IMG/VR virus record: IMGVR_UViG_3300034151_000114 | Coordinates: 7,634 to 71,633 of that record | Strand: one strand, 5' to 3' | From: a virus | Lineage: Duplodnaviria; Caudoviricetes | DNA length: 64,000 bases | In this document: piece by piece, positions 1-9,167 of the stretch | How positions within the stretch are numbered: position 1 is the stretch's first letter | Layout: each line of letters begins with the position of its first letter | The notes under the pieces: model-generated | What the model was told of the DNA's origin: nothing | The model's database searches: none | What the model saw: only the letters and a program-made list of their open reading frames with translations | Position numbers and translations under genes: made by a program

Positions 1-2
1 AG

Positions 3-245
3 GCGGCGGTGGGGTCTTCGAGCACGGCAGCGCTCGCCTACTTCCCGTCGTCGAGAACGGTGACGGTGGACACGACGATCATCTCGGGGTCAGGCAACGT
101 GCGGATCCGCTGGTATGACCCGGTGCTCGGCACGTTCTCGACGGTGACCGCGTCGGAGGCGCAACAATCGGGTCGCACCGTGTCGTACCCGTCGAATCAT
201 GCTGACGGCCAGTCCGACTACGTGCTCGTCGTAGACCTGGTGTAG
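3..245 (+). CDS. 5'-truncated protein; C-terminus resembles the collagen-binding-like domain that follows DUF4038/apiosidase-like glycoside hydrolases
   Basis: Frame is open from position 3. Pattern AYFP..RTVTVD....SG.....RWYDP..G......YP.....DYVLVV. Confidence 0.5.
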   Translation, partial: AAVGSSSTAALAYFPSSRTVTVDTTIISGSGNVRIRWYDPVLGTFSTVTASEAQQSGRTVSYPSNHADGQSDYVLVVDLV

Positions 246-248
246 ACG

Positions 249-1025
249 ATGGCGATCGCCTTCGACGCTGTCGGCCCCGCAGGCGGCGGCGGCAGCTACA
301 CCCCGAACGTCTCCGGTAGCGGCGGCACCGGCACCTGGTCCCACATCTGCACCGGGTCCGATCTTGTGCTCGTTGCAGCGATGACCCTCTCCAGGGAGGC
401 GTCCGGAGACGTGTCGGGGATCTCGGCGACCGTCACCTACAACGGTGTGGCGATGACCCCGTTCGGGGCGATCCTCGCCGCTGGGTCCAACACAGCGTGG
501 CTGCGCGGCTGGTATCTGGAGGACCCAGCGGTGGGCACTCACGATGTGGTGGTCACCTTGGCCGGTACCGCCGTGCAAGTCAGGTTCCTCGCCGGGTCGA
601 TCAGTTGGAGCGGGGCGGGCACCGTCGAGAACTACACCGTGCAGGACCCGGCGACAACGGCTACCAACTCGCCGACTTGCACTGTCGCCTCGGCGACCGA
701 CCGGCAGGTGTTCGTCGCCGCCAACCACGGTGCCGACATCACGGCTGCGGCAGGCGGGACGACGCTGCGGACGTTGAGGAACAACAGCGGCACGTCGTCG
801 GGTGACAACTTCGCTATGGGGTCCGCCGTCGGGGCGGCGTCGGTCGGACTCGGGTTCACGTCGGCGGCCGATGACCACTGGGCGCTGCTCGGTGCGTCGA
901 TCACCGCGGCTGGTGGAGTCGATTGGCCGGTCTCCCCGGTCGACAATCTCGGGCTCACCGACACCGCTGCTGCTGGGCTGCCCGAGTACCAGATCCGGTA
1001 CGACTACCAGATCAAGGCCGACTGA
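249..1025 (+). CDS. putative virion/minor tail protein
   Basis: Gly/Ala/Thr-rich beta-type domain, paralogous to the N-terminus of the next gene. Ends with one PVDNLGLTD repeat unit. Confidence 0.6.
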   Translation: MAIAFDAVGPAGGGGSYTPNVSGSGGTGTWSHICTGSDLVLVAAMTLSREASGDVSGISATVTYNGVAMTPFGAILAAGSNTAWLRGWYLEDPAVGTHDVVVTLAGTAVQVRFLAGSISWSGAGTVENYTVQDPATTATNSPTCTVASATDRQVFVAANHGADITAAAGGTTLRTLRNNSGTSSGDNFAMGSAVGAASVGLGFTSAADDHWALLGASITAAGGVDWPVSPVDNLGLTDTAAAGLPEYQIRYDYQIKAD

Positions 1026-3058
1026 TGGCGCTCGCCCACGACGTCACCACCCGCTTCCCCGCCTCGGGCACGGCGACGGTCACCGACGTCACGTCCGGTG
1101 ACCGCACCTTCGCTCATGCCGCCGCGGCAGGTGCGGACGGTGTCGTTGTCGTCGTGTTCATCGCCTCCGGCACCGCCGACTCACACACGGGGGTCGACTA
1201 CGGCGGTGTCGCGTTGGTCAAGGGGCCCGTCGCCTCCGACACGTCTGAAGCGGGCCGGGTCGTCATCTGGACGTCGCATGAGTTGATCATTCCCGGTGGC
1301 ACGCAGACCGTCACCATCCAAGGGGCCGGGACACAGCCGAAGGTGGTGCACTGTTCGACGGTGACGGCGGCGACGAACGCGATCCGGGTCAACGCCTCCA
1401 ACCAGGTCAACACGACGACGTCGTCGAACCCGACCGTCAACGTGGTCACCGCCACCAACAACACGATGCTGTACGGCGGTGTCCACGGCGGCGCATCCGC
1501 CCCCACCTCCTACGCGGTGGGCACCAACTACACGGCGATGACGGTGGTCGGCGCCGACTGGGGTGCCGCATCGGCGCAAGGGCAGCGGCGCACCAACCCG
1601 ACGGCGCCGGGCACGATCCCGTACAACTTCACGTTCGCCACCTCCGAGGACTGGTGCATCGCCGCCGTCGCCATCGAGGAGTACAGCGCCGGGGACGCCG
1701 AAGTCGCCAACCCGGTCGACACCGAAGGCCTGCTCGACTCGGTGGCTCTCGACCAGGAGAAGGGGTTCACCGACCCGATCGGGGCCACCAACTTCGCCGA
1801 CCTGGTCCTCGCCCAGGTCACCGACTTGCCTCCCGACGCCCTCGGGCTCACCGACACCGCCGACCTGGTGAACGAATCGGGCAGCGGCACCGACCGTCCG
1901 GTCAACCCGGTCGACACCGAAGGCCTGCTCGACTCGGTGGCTCTCGCCACCGATCATGTGATCCAGCCGGTCGACACGCTCGGCCTGCTCGACACGTTGG
2001 CGGCCGTGAAGAGCCTCGTCATCACGGCGACCGACAACCTCGGGCTCCTCGATACGGCATCGCTCACCTCTGCTCAGGCGCTCCAGCCGGTCGACCCGCT
2101 CGGGCTCACCGATGACGTCGACCTCGTCCTCGACAGCGTGATCGAGGGCCTGGCCGACACGCTCGGGCTCACCGATGCGGCGGTTCTCGAAAAGAGCCTC
2201 GTCATCACGGCGACCGACACGCTTGGGCTACTCGACTCGGCGGCCACTCAGTTCGACCGGGCGGTCACACCCGTCGACACCGAGGGTCTCCTGGACTCGG
2301 CGACGACCCAGTCCGACCGGGCCATCGCCCCGGTCGACACGGAGGGCTTGCTCGACAGCGCAGCGAACTCGGTCGGTCGCAACGTGGCCCCCGTCGACGC
2401 CGAGGGTCTGACCGACAGCGTCACGAACGCCGAGGCGAACGCCGTGGCACCGGTCGACACCGAGGGCCTGCTCGACTCCGCTGCGCTTGCCGTCGATCAC
2501 GTGATCCAGCCGGTGGACGCTCTCGGTCTCACCGACTCCGCTGCGGTGGAGAAGCAGGGGGCCGGGCAGGTCGCACCCGTCGACACGGAGGGTCTCACCG
2601 ACACGGCGACGCTCGCCGTCGATCACGTGATCCAGCCGGTGGACGCTCTCGGTCTCCTCGACGCGGCGGCTCCGGCGGCGGGTCACTTCATCGTCGCGAC
2701 CGACACGCTCGGTCTACTTGACTCTCTGGGGCCCAGCGTCAGTCACGTCCTCCAGTTCGTCGACACCCTCGGCATCATCGACACCGCCGTCGTGATGAAG
2801 CCGAGCGGCACCTCGATCAACCTGACCCTGATCGCCCTGTCGCCGGTCCTGCGGCACGTCGTGGGAGCCCCGGCGACCCGCTCGCGCTCGGCGGGGCCTC
2901 CGAGGACCCGTTCGCGTTCGGCGACGATCGCTCTGGTCTCCCGCTCCGCTGGTGCCGTGACCGGGGTGGTTCGCACGGCACTGTCCCCAGCCACCCGGAC
3001 CCGCACGACGACGGTGCTGACGAGGCCCCGAACAGCGGGTCCCCCGAGACTAGAGTGA
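1025..3058 (+). CDS. repeat-rich virion/tail-fibre-like protein with ~20-aa acidic repeats
   Basis: ATG at 1025 overlaps the upstream TGA. Many PVD(T/A)xGL(L/T)D(S/T) repeats and an Arg-rich C-terminus. Confidence 0.65.
   Translation: MALAHDVTTRFPASGTATVTDVTSGDRTFAHAAAAGADGVVVVVFIASGTADSHTGVDYGGVALVKGPVASDTSEAGRVVIWTSHELIIPGGTQTVTIQGAGTQPKVVHCSTVTAATNAIRVNASNQVNTTTSSNPTVNVVTATNNTMLYGGVHGGASAPTSYAVGTNYTAMTVVGADWGAASAQGQRRTNPTAPGTIPYNFTFATSEDWCIAAVAIEEYSAGDAEVANPVDTEGLLDSVALDQEKGFTDPIGATNFADLVLAQVTDLPPDALGLTDTADLVNESGSGTDRPVNPVDTEGLLDSVALATDHVIQPVDTLGLLDTLAAVKSLVITATDNLGLLDTASLTSAQALQPVDPLGLTDDVDLVLDSVIEGLADTLGLTDAAVLEKSLVITATDTLGLLDSAATQFDRAVTPVDTEGLLDSATTQSDRAIAPVDTEGLLDSAANSVGRNVAPVDAEGLTDSVTNAEANAVAPVDTEGLLDSAALAVDHVIQPVDALGLTDSAAVEKQGAGQVAPVDTEGLTDTATLAVDHVIQPVDALGLLDAAAPAAGHFIVATDTLGLLDSLGPSVSHVLQFVDTLGIIDTAVVMKPSGTSINLTLIALSPVLRHVVGAPATRSRSAGPPRTRSRSATIALVSRSAGAVTGVVRTALSPATRTRTTTVLTRPRTAGPPRLE
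1700..2790 (+). repeat. intragenic ~60-bp degenerate tandem repeats
   Basis: Recurrent ccggtcgacaccga(a/g)gg(c/t)ctgctcgactc-like units encode 20-aa repeats such as PVDTEGLLDSATTQSDRAIA. Confidence 0.85.
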
Positions 3059-3062
3059 GGCC

Positions 3063-3416
3063 ATGGCGACCAAACCACAGTTGTCGCGCGAGTACTTGTA
3101 CGTCCCGTTCACCAACATGAACTTCGATGTCGCCGATCTCATCGTGAACGGCATCGCCTTCATGGCGCAGGGAGTGGAACCGGCGGAGATCGACTGGATC
3201 GAGGCCCTCGTCGTTGACAGCCTGGACCCGCTCTACGTAGCGTCGATCGGCGAGGGGATCGCCCTGCTGGTCGGTCCGCTGCGCGGCGACGTCGGGATCA
3301 CCACCGAGGACCTCGCCCTGGGCGACTACCAGGTCTGGGTCGACGCAGCGGTCGCCGGGTCTGACGAACGGATCGTGCGGGTCGCCGGGACGCTCACCGT
3401 CAACCTGGGCGGCTGA
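3063..3416 (+). CDS. small virion-associated protein (Ig/BppU-like, tentative)
   Basis: REYLYVP...AF...EP..DW...LLVGP...L..GDYQVWV pattern, typical of small proteins after actinophage tail-fibre genes. Confidence 0.5.
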   Translation: MATKPQLSREYLYVPFTNMNFDVADLIVNGIAFMAQGVEPAEIDWIEALVVDSLDPLYVASIGEGIALLVGPLRGDVGITTEDLALGDYQVWVDAAVAGSDERIVRVAGTLTVNLGG

Positions 3417-3418
3417 GC

Positions 3419-3667
3419 GTGGAGCTGACTCGGTTGGTGAAGGCGGGGGAATGGATCCACGTCCCGGTGAAGGGGGACCCGTGGCCGGTGATGATGAGGA
3501 TCGGTGACGCCCCCAGCGAACCGGCCTTCATCGACCACGAGCTGGTCGGGTCCAAGCTGCGCACCTTTGCCTCTCGGCGCTGTCCTGATCTGCCCCCGGG
3601 GTCCTACGTAGTGTCGGTTTCGGCTACCGACTGGGAGTCCCGGGTGAAGGTGCGGGTCATCCTTTGA
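3419..3667 (+). CDS. hypothetical protein, possible degenerate paralog of the previous gene
   Basis: Coupled ORF with GEWIHVPV...LPPGSYVVSV. Confidence 0.55.
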   Translation: MELTRLVKAGEWIHVPVKGDPWPVMMRIGDAPSEPAFIDHELVGSKLRTFASRRCPDLPPGSYVVSVSATDWESRVKVRVIL

Positions 3668-3703
3668 CGCAACCGCTTGCATAGCGGTGTTATCTTGGGT
3701 GGC

Positions 3704-3889
3704 GTGCGAACGCCAGTGCGGCACGTGATCGTCAGGCTGGACGCCTTGAACGACCTGTGTGACCTGACCGAGCGCGCCCTCGAACGGCTCGACGGGCTCG
3801 AACCCAACGATCCCCTGCAGCCTGCGCTGCGCGGTGCGCTCGCCGAGGTGCGGACGCACTCCATCGTCGAGCCCGCCTGCTCGTTCTGA
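3704..3889 (+). CDS. hypothetical protein (leaderless start)
   Basis: TGT-TATCTT -10 box lies 7 nt before GTG 3704. Confidence 0.6.
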   Translation: MRTPVRHVIVRLDALNDLCDLTERALERLDGLEPNDPLQPALRGALAEVRTHSIVEPACSF

Positions 3890-3902
3890 TATCTTCGGGC
3901 GC

Positions 3903-4229
3903 ATGGCCAGGCAGTGCGGTTCGTGTGGAGGGAAGCGAGCGGCGGGGGTCACCGGGACCAGCACGGTTCAGTCGAGCCAGCTCAAGTCCGACGAGTACGG
4001 GCTGATCCCCCTGGCCTCCCAGCCGGACTGCACCCGTCACTACTACGGCCAGTTCACCGGGGCCCAGGTCTTCGTCGTGGCGCGCGGGACCCCCCACGAG
4101 AAGCTGTTCCTCAAGGGCAGGTTCAAGGATGCGATCGCCTACATGCGGTCCCACAGCGGGGCCACCGTGGATCGGGTGAGGGTCGTGGATCTGTGCCACG
4201 ACGCCGTGGTGGCTCTCCTCGGCGCCTAG
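3903..4229 (+). CDS. hypothetical protein with N-terminal CxxC
   Basis: TGA-TATCTT lies 7 nt before ATG 3903. Begins MARQCGSCGGK. Confidence 0.7.
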   Translation: MARQCGSCGGKRAAGVTGTSTVQSSQLKSDEYGLIPLASQPDCTRHYYGQFTGAQVFVVARGTPHEKLFLKGRFKDAIAYMRSHSGATVDRVRVVDLCHDAVVALLGA

Positions 4230-4471
4230 ACCCGCTGTCGCTTCAGCTCGCTGATGAGCTGGAAGCCCTCCAGGGCGTCGAGCATCCGGTGGAGCTGCTC
4301 GGGCTCCAGATGCTTCCAGGACAGGATGTCGCGGCGCAGAATCATCGAGGCCAGCTCCAGTCGATCGTCCCGGTTGAGCCCGATCTCGTGGGCGAGGACC
4401 CACAGCTTCCGGCGCTTCGCCTCGGGGGATGCGCCAGATTCTGGGACGGTGCAAGTATCATGCCCGACCAT
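4226..4471 (-). CDS. small helical protein, GemA/DUF1018-like motif (start uncertain)
   Basis: RRKLWVLAHEIGLNRDDRLELASMILRRDILSWKHLEPEQLHRMLDAL. Confidence 0.5.
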   Translation of the reverse strand: MVGHDTCTVPESGASPEAKRRKLWVLAHEIGLNRDDRLELASMILRRDILSWKHLEPEQLHRMLDALEGFQLISELKRQRV

Positions 4472-4523
4472 TCCGCGTGCAGTCTCCTTCATCGACGACA
4501 ACGTCGAGACATTCCCGCTCCAT

Positions 4524-4922
4524 GTGCGCTTGATCTTCGAGTCCGATCTTAGTTGGGCCAAGGAGGGCAAGTGTCAGACCAGCGATGGTCAGCCCAAGGC
4601 GGCGTGGACGATCCTGCCACGGGAGAAGGTCCGGCTCGGCAAAGAACTTGTAGAGGGCAAGGTCCTGATAGCGATGGCCGTCGAGGTCTGCCGGGGCTGT
4701 CCGGTGCAGTGGGACTGCGCCCGCCACGCCCTGGACTCGGCCCCCAACGGGGACTACATCTGGGGGACCTGGGGGGCGAGGATGGAGGACCTGCGCTGGG
4801 CCAAGCGGCTCGGTGCAGTGGGGGTGGAGCTGATCGAGGCGGCCCGGCTGGCGCGGGAGCCGGTCCAGGTGGTCCTGCGCGATGCCCGGGCGGCCAAGCG
4901 CAAGCGTGCCGCCGTTGCCTGA
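4524..4922 (+). CDS. WhiB-family Fe-S transcription factor (start uncertain)
   Basis: W...GKC...AVEVCRGCPVQWDCARHAL...WGTWG: four Cys plus a G[IV]WGG-like turn and a basic tail. Confidence 0.8.
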   Translation: MRLIFESDLSWAKEGKCQTSDGQPKAAWTILPREKVRLGKELVEGKVLIAMAVEVCRGCPVQWDCARHALDSAPNGDYIWGTWGARMEDLRWAKRLGAVGVELIEAARLAREPVQVVLRDARAAKRKRAAVA

Positions 4923-4923
4923 C

Positions 4924-5136
4924 GTGACCGACGACGTCCGTCCCGGAGACTTCGGCACCGCCCTCGTCATCCATGCCGGGGACGATGCGTTCTACCTCGA
5001 CGCCTCCACCTGGACCGTCCACGACCTCAACGGTTCCGACCCCGACGACGACGGCAACATCCACTACGTCGTCGACCACTTCGACGACATCACCATCGAC
5101 CACCAGGCCCGCACCGTCAGCCGTCGCCTGATGTGA
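4924..5136 (+). CDS. hypothetical protein
   Basis: Coupled GTG start, GC3-rich codons. Confidence 0.6.
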   Translation: MTDDVRPGDFGTALVIHAGDDAFYLDASTWTVHDLNGSDPDDDGNIHYVVDHFDDITIDHQARTVSRRLM

Positions 5137-5149
5137 TATCCTGCCGCCC

Positions 5150-5470
5150 ATGGCAGGACTAGAGACCCAGACCATCGACCGTGTCAAGATCATCGACGAC
5201 GAGGACGGGCACATCGTCGCCGTGCGAGGTCGGGTCGACATCAACGGCGAGACCGTGAAGATCTACGAGTGGGACACAGGGTTGGCCCGCTTCGTCCAGG
5301 TGGACCGGCTCACCGACGCCAAGGTCCGCCAGGCCCACAAGGGGTGCACGCTCGTCTCTGGGATCTCCCAGCACTACCTCCGCCAGGTGGGGACCCCCAA
5401 GACCGATGCGGCGCGCAGCTTCAAGCTGGAGCTGGGTAAGGGCTTGCCGCTCACGGACGAGCGAGCGTGA
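5150..5470 (+). CDS. hypothetical protein (leaderless start)
   Basis: TGA-TATCCT lies 7 nt before ATG. Confidence 0.7.
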   Translation: MAGLETQTIDRVKIIDDEDGHIVAVRGRVDINGETVKIYEWDTGLARFVQVDRLTDAKVRQAHKGCTLVSGISQHYLRQVGTPKTDAARSFKLELGKGLPLTDERA

Positions 5471-5805
5471 ACGAGTTCCTGCTGTTCGTCTTTCTCGGGG
5501 CGACGGCCTACACGATCGGGCGGGTGATCGCCCTGGACTCCCTGTTCGAGGAATGGCGGGACGCCTACCTGGACTGGGTCACGCTCGACACGCAGCGGAC
5601 CGACCCGGCGTGGAACGCTCTGCCCGTGTGGCGCCGCAAGGCGGCCACCGTCGTCACCTGCCCCCACTGCGTCACCGCCTACCCCTCGGCTGTCGGGGTG
5701 GTCGTGGTGGACGTCTGGTTCCAGGACCTGGCGATGCCGGTCCTGTGGTGGTTCGGGGCCTGGTCCCTAGCCCTCCTGCTCTGGGCCGCAATTGACTCAG
5801 ATTGA
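5467..5805 (+). CDS. DUF1360-like membrane protein
   Basis: Hydrophobic N-terminus, RVIALDSLF..WRD, VTCPHCVTAY, second transmembrane segment. Confidence 0.65.
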   Translation: MNEFLLFVFLGATAYTIGRVIALDSLFEEWRDAYLDWVTLDTQRTDPAWNALPVWRRKAATVVTCPHCVTAYPSAVGVVVVDVWFQDLAMPVLWWFGAWSLALLLWAAIDSD

Positions 5806-6070
5806 CCTGGACGAGTCGGCGCCCGAGTGGCGCCACTGGGGATTCTCGCGGCGGACATTCGACTCGATCTCGACCCAGGACTGGCTCGCCTTCCTGCGCT
5901 TCTACCGGGTCCTGCGGATTCGGATCCCCTACGCCGAGCCCGGATCTCCCGAACTTGACGGGAGCCGGGAGCATGGCTGCTCCTACGGACTGAGCCGCAA
6001 GGACGCCCGGGACGTGCTCTTCGAGTGGGCACGAGAGATCGACTGGCACGAATACCTCTGGTCCAAGTAG
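5792..6070 (+). CDS. hypothetical protein
   Basis: GC3-rich codons. Fills the gap before the small terminase gene. Confidence 0.55.
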   Translation: MTQIDLDESAPEWRHWGFSRRTFDSISTQDWLAFLRFYRVLRIRIPYAEPGSPELDGSREHGCSYGLSRKDARDVLFEWAREIDWHEYLWSK

Positions 6071-6083
6071 GTACCATCGGGCC

Positions 6084-6557
6084 ATGGAGACCGCCCCGCC
6101 TCTGGAGATCGAACGGTTCCTGGACCTGATCAGAGTCCACACCGAGGTCAACGAGGACGGGGAGACGTCGATCCAGCCCCCGATGATGGAGATGACGGCC
6201 GCCTTCGCCGTCGGGTGGACGCCGCGCAAGCTGCGGGCCCTGAAGAAAGACCCCGAGTTCCTTCAGCTCATCGACGAGGCCAAGACCCTACTGATCGAGT
6301 CGGTCGAGTCGATGGCGTACCGCAACGCCCTGCGAGGAAACCAGCGGGCGATCGAGCTGGTCCTGTTCTGTCACGGCCAGGACCGCGGTTGGCGTCCTCC
6401 GGCCCAGCGCCACGAGGTGCTCACCGAGGGCAAGGTCGAGGTCTCGGTGATCGCCTCGGTGAAGGAAGCGGTGAAGGCCACCCTGGCGACCGCCGACATC
6501 GGCGAGCTGCAGCGGGCCCGCATCGTTGACGCCGAGATCGTGGATGACGAGGGCTAA
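6084..6557 (+). CDS. terminase small subunit
   Basis: Helical HTH-like protein directly upstream of the large terminase. D.EF......A....IESVE...Y..A..GN..AI...L pattern. Confidence 0.75.
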   Translation: METAPPLEIERFLDLIRVHTEVNEDGETSIQPPMMEMTAAFAVGWTPRKLRALKKDPEFLQLIDEAKTLLIESVESMAYRNALRGNQRAIELVLFCHGQDRGWRPPAQRHEVLTEGKVEVSVIASVKEAVKATLATADIGELQRARIVDAEIVDDEG

Positions 6558-8160
6558 GTCAGCCGACGAACAGGCGGAGGAACTCGCCTGGCGGATCATG
6601 CTCCCGTCGCGGGTGGCGCAGCACCTCGCCCCCAGGGTGATGGGACGGCCCTACATCGTCCACCCGTGGATCGCCTACGTCGAGCGCGAGGTCATGGCGA
6701 TGTTCCAGCGGCCGGGGCGGGAAGTCCTCATCATCAACACTCCGCCGCAGGAAGGCAAGTCGACGTACTTCGGGATGTGGCTGCCGTTCTGGCTGGTCGG
6801 GATGCGGCCCGACGACCTCGGGATGCTGATCGGGTACAGCGACGACTACATGGGGACCTGGGGGGTCCGGGTCCGCGACCTGATCGCCACCTACGGCCCC
6901 GAGCTGTTCAACGTGGGGCTCAGCAAGAGCCAGGGGGGCATCAACAACTGGCGGACCGCCCGAGGGTTCGGAGGGATCCTGTCGGCCGGGATCGGGGGAG
7001 GGATCACCGGGAACCCGGGCATGTGGATCGTCCTCGACGACGTGATCAAGAACATGGAGGAGGCCGGGTCGCCCACCACCAAGCGCAAGCACCTGGAGGA
7101 GTGGGACGGGTCCATCTCGGCCCGCTTCCAGGAGGAGACCAAGGTGATCGCCTGCGTCACCCTGTGGGCCGAGGACGACCTGCCGAGTTCGATCGTGCTG
7201 CGGTCGCTGGAGCCCGACTACGAGGGGATCCCGGTCCGCCAGATCCGGATCAAGGCGATGGCCGAGCCGGACGAGGACGAAGAGCTGGAGATGACCGAGG
7301 ACGACCGGGCGCAATGGCGGGACCCGATCGGACGCCGCATCGGTGAGACCCTCCAGGGCCAGCACTCGCGCTCGTTCTTCCTGGAGAAGCGGGCCTCGAT
7401 CTCACCGTACGTGTGGTCCGCCCTCTACCAGGCGAGCCCGTCGGCTCGCAAGGGGTCGATGTTCCCGATGGAGAACTGGGGCTGGTACGACCCCGACGAC
7501 CTCCCGCCGCTCACCACGTCACGCCGCGGCTGGGACCTGGCGGCGACCGAAGGGGGCGGGGACTTCACGGTCGGAGCCCACGTTGGCAAGCACGTCCGGC
7601 CGGACAAGATGCAGAAGGTCTACATCTTGGACCTGCGCCGGTTCCAGCGGTCCACCTCGGGGGTGCGCGACGAGGTGATGCGCTGCGCTCGTGCCGACGG
7701 GATGGGCGTCAGGATCCTCATGGAGCAGGAGCTGCAGGGCTCGGGTAAGAGCGTCGTGCAGGGCTACGCAGACGATCTGCGCGGCTGGGACTTCGAGGGG
7801 GTCCGGCCGGACAAGGAGAAGGTGTCCCGCTACACGAACTACTCGGACCTCCAGCAGAGAGGCCACGTCCTGTTGCCCCGGCGCAAGGACGGGTCCACCC
7901 CGGACTGGGTCTCAGCCTTCATCGCTGAGCACAAGATGCAGATGCCCGACGGACGGGGTCCGCGCCACGACGACCAGATCGACGCCGTCGCCCTGTGCAT
8001 CAACGATATGTACGGCTCGGGCCCGATCGAGATCGTTGATCCCGGGGCCCCCAATCGCCACGCAGCGGATCAGATCAGGGACCTGGCTGCGCTTCACGGG
8101 GTGAGGATGCAGCCACCGATTCCCGATCGCCTGGCAAAGCTCCTCGGTCGGCAAATCTGA
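6544..8160 (+). CDS. terminase large subunit (Terminase_6 / Terminase_6C type)
   Basis: Walker A-like PPQEGKS, GIGGGITGNPG, Walker B VLDDVIKN, WAEDD, LYQ..P, nuclease GWDLA...GDFTVG and HDDQIDA. Confidence 0.93.
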   Translation: MTRAKSADEQAEELAWRIMLPSRVAQHLAPRVMGRPYIVHPWIAYVEREVMAMFQRPGREVLIINTPPQEGKSTYFGMWLPFWLVGMRPDDLGMLIGYSDDYMGTWGVRVRDLIATYGPELFNVGLSKSQGGINNWRTARGFGGILSAGIGGGITGNPGMWIVLDDVIKNMEEAGSPTTKRKHLEEWDGSISARFQEETKVIACVTLWAEDDLPSSIVLRSLEPDYEGIPVRQIRIKAMAEPDEDEELEMTEDDRAQWRDPIGRRIGETLQGQHSRSFFLEKRASISPYVWSALYQASPSARKGSMFPMENWGWYDPDDLPPLTTSRRGWDLAATEGGGDFTVGAHVGKHVRPDKMQKVYILDLRRFQRSTSGVRDEVMRCARADGMGVRILMEQELQGSGKSVVQGYADDLRGWDFEGVRPDKEKVSRYTNYSDLQQRGHVLLPRRKDGSTPDWVSAFIAEHKMQMPDGRGPRHDDQIDAVALCINDMYGSGPIEIVDPGAPNRHAADQIRDLAALHGVRMQPPIPDRLAKLLGRQI

Positions 8161-8674
8161 GATGCTCCTCCAGGTCGAGGACGCTGCATGAGGCGTGGCC
8201 CAGCGGTATGACGAGCTGGGCCTCCCACAGCGTGAACCCGCCGTCCCGGTACGGGATCAGGTGCATGAACTGGGCCCCGACGATCGGGAAGATGTCGTAG
8301 AGCCGACCCGGCTTCTCCACCCCCGGCGCCTCCCACACGGGGAACGCATCGGTGTGATACCCGGGCAACCCGACCCCGAACAGGGCCGGGTGCGCAGCGT
8401 AGGTGGACAGCGCCTCGGCGATGCGGTTCCGGGCGCTCACGGCTGGGCCTCTCGTCCCCTGGCGGTTCCCGCCGAGCGGCCCGACGGTGAGCTGTACGAG
8501 ACAGTTCATCGAGCGCAGCCAGCCGATCGCTGGCATCTGACATTCGTAGGTGTCGGTGTGCCCGTAGGACAGGCCTGGCTCCGCCAGCCAGTGCTCCCGC
8601 GCCCAGCCGAGCCCGAACTCGTCGAGGGCGGCCCTGGTGGCCGCCAGTTGCTTCGTCGTGAGGTGGACGATCAC
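8075..8674 (-). CDS. hypothetical protein
   Basis: Coupled GTG start. The 3' end overlaps the terminase end convergently. Confidence 0.55.
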   Translation of the reverse strand: MIVHLTTKQLAATRAALDEFGLGWAREHWLAEPGLSYGHTDTYECQMPAIGWLRSMNCLVQLTVGPLGGNRQGTRGPAVSARNRIAEALSTYAAHPALFGVGLPGYHTDAFPVWEAPGVEKPGRLYDIFPIVGAQFMHLIPYRDGGFTLWEAQLVIPLGHASCSVLDLEEHLRFADRGALPGDRESVAASSPREAQPGP

Positions 8675-8931
8675 GGGGCCTCCTTGATGAGGTCGGCTTC
8701 CCGCAGGGCCCGGACGACCGCCCTGGCGTAGTCCCACGGGTTGCTCGACCGCATCCGCATCATCTGCTGGCCCGCAGCGTCGAGAGCGATGTCCAGCACC
8801 ACGTCGTCGTCCGCGCGCGGGGCCAGTGATCGGCCAGCGTCCGCCGACGGTCTACCGCCGGACGGATGGTCTTGATGTGGCCCCACGCGCGATCCGTAGT
8901 CGCCATGCGGGCGAAGCTGGTAGTCGCTCAT
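8671..8931 (-). CDS. hypothetical protein
   Basis: Start/stop overlaps with both neighbours. Confidence 0.55.
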   Translation of the reverse strand: MSDYQLRPHGDYGSRVGPHQDHPSGGRPSADAGRSLAPRADDDVVLDIALDAAGQQMMRMRSSNPWDYARAVVRALREADLIKEAP

Positions 8932-9167
8932 GACGGCTTGCCCCGGCCCACCGAGCGGGTCTGCTCCAAGGGGATCTGCTCGGTCATGTCCCGCAGGGCG
9001 TCAACGACGGCGACGAACCCTTCGGGGTCCTGGCGGGCGAAGTCCGCCGGGCTGTCGAAGCCCCGCTGACTACAGGCCGACGTGATCCCCATCTTGACGT
9101 ACTCGTCGTGGCGGCTGGTCGTGCGAACCCAGTTGGCGCACTCCAGCACGGTCAGGTCGTCGATCAT
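8928..9167 (-). CDS. hypothetical protein
   Basis: Coupled ORF. Confidence 0.6.
   Translation of the reverse strand: MIDDLTVLECANWVRTTSRHDEYVKMGITSACSQRGFDSPADFARQDPEGFVAVVDALRDMTEQIPLEQTRSVGRGKPS

Noticed and set aside
1700-2790. CRISPR-like periodic repeats
   Set aside because: Degeneracy falls at codon third positions within one open frame, there are no unique spacers, and no cas genes are present. These are protein repeats.
6544-8160. Intein or intron in the terminase, portal or helicase
   Set aside because: Lengths are normal and there are no intein C-terminal HN or LAGLIDADG motifs.
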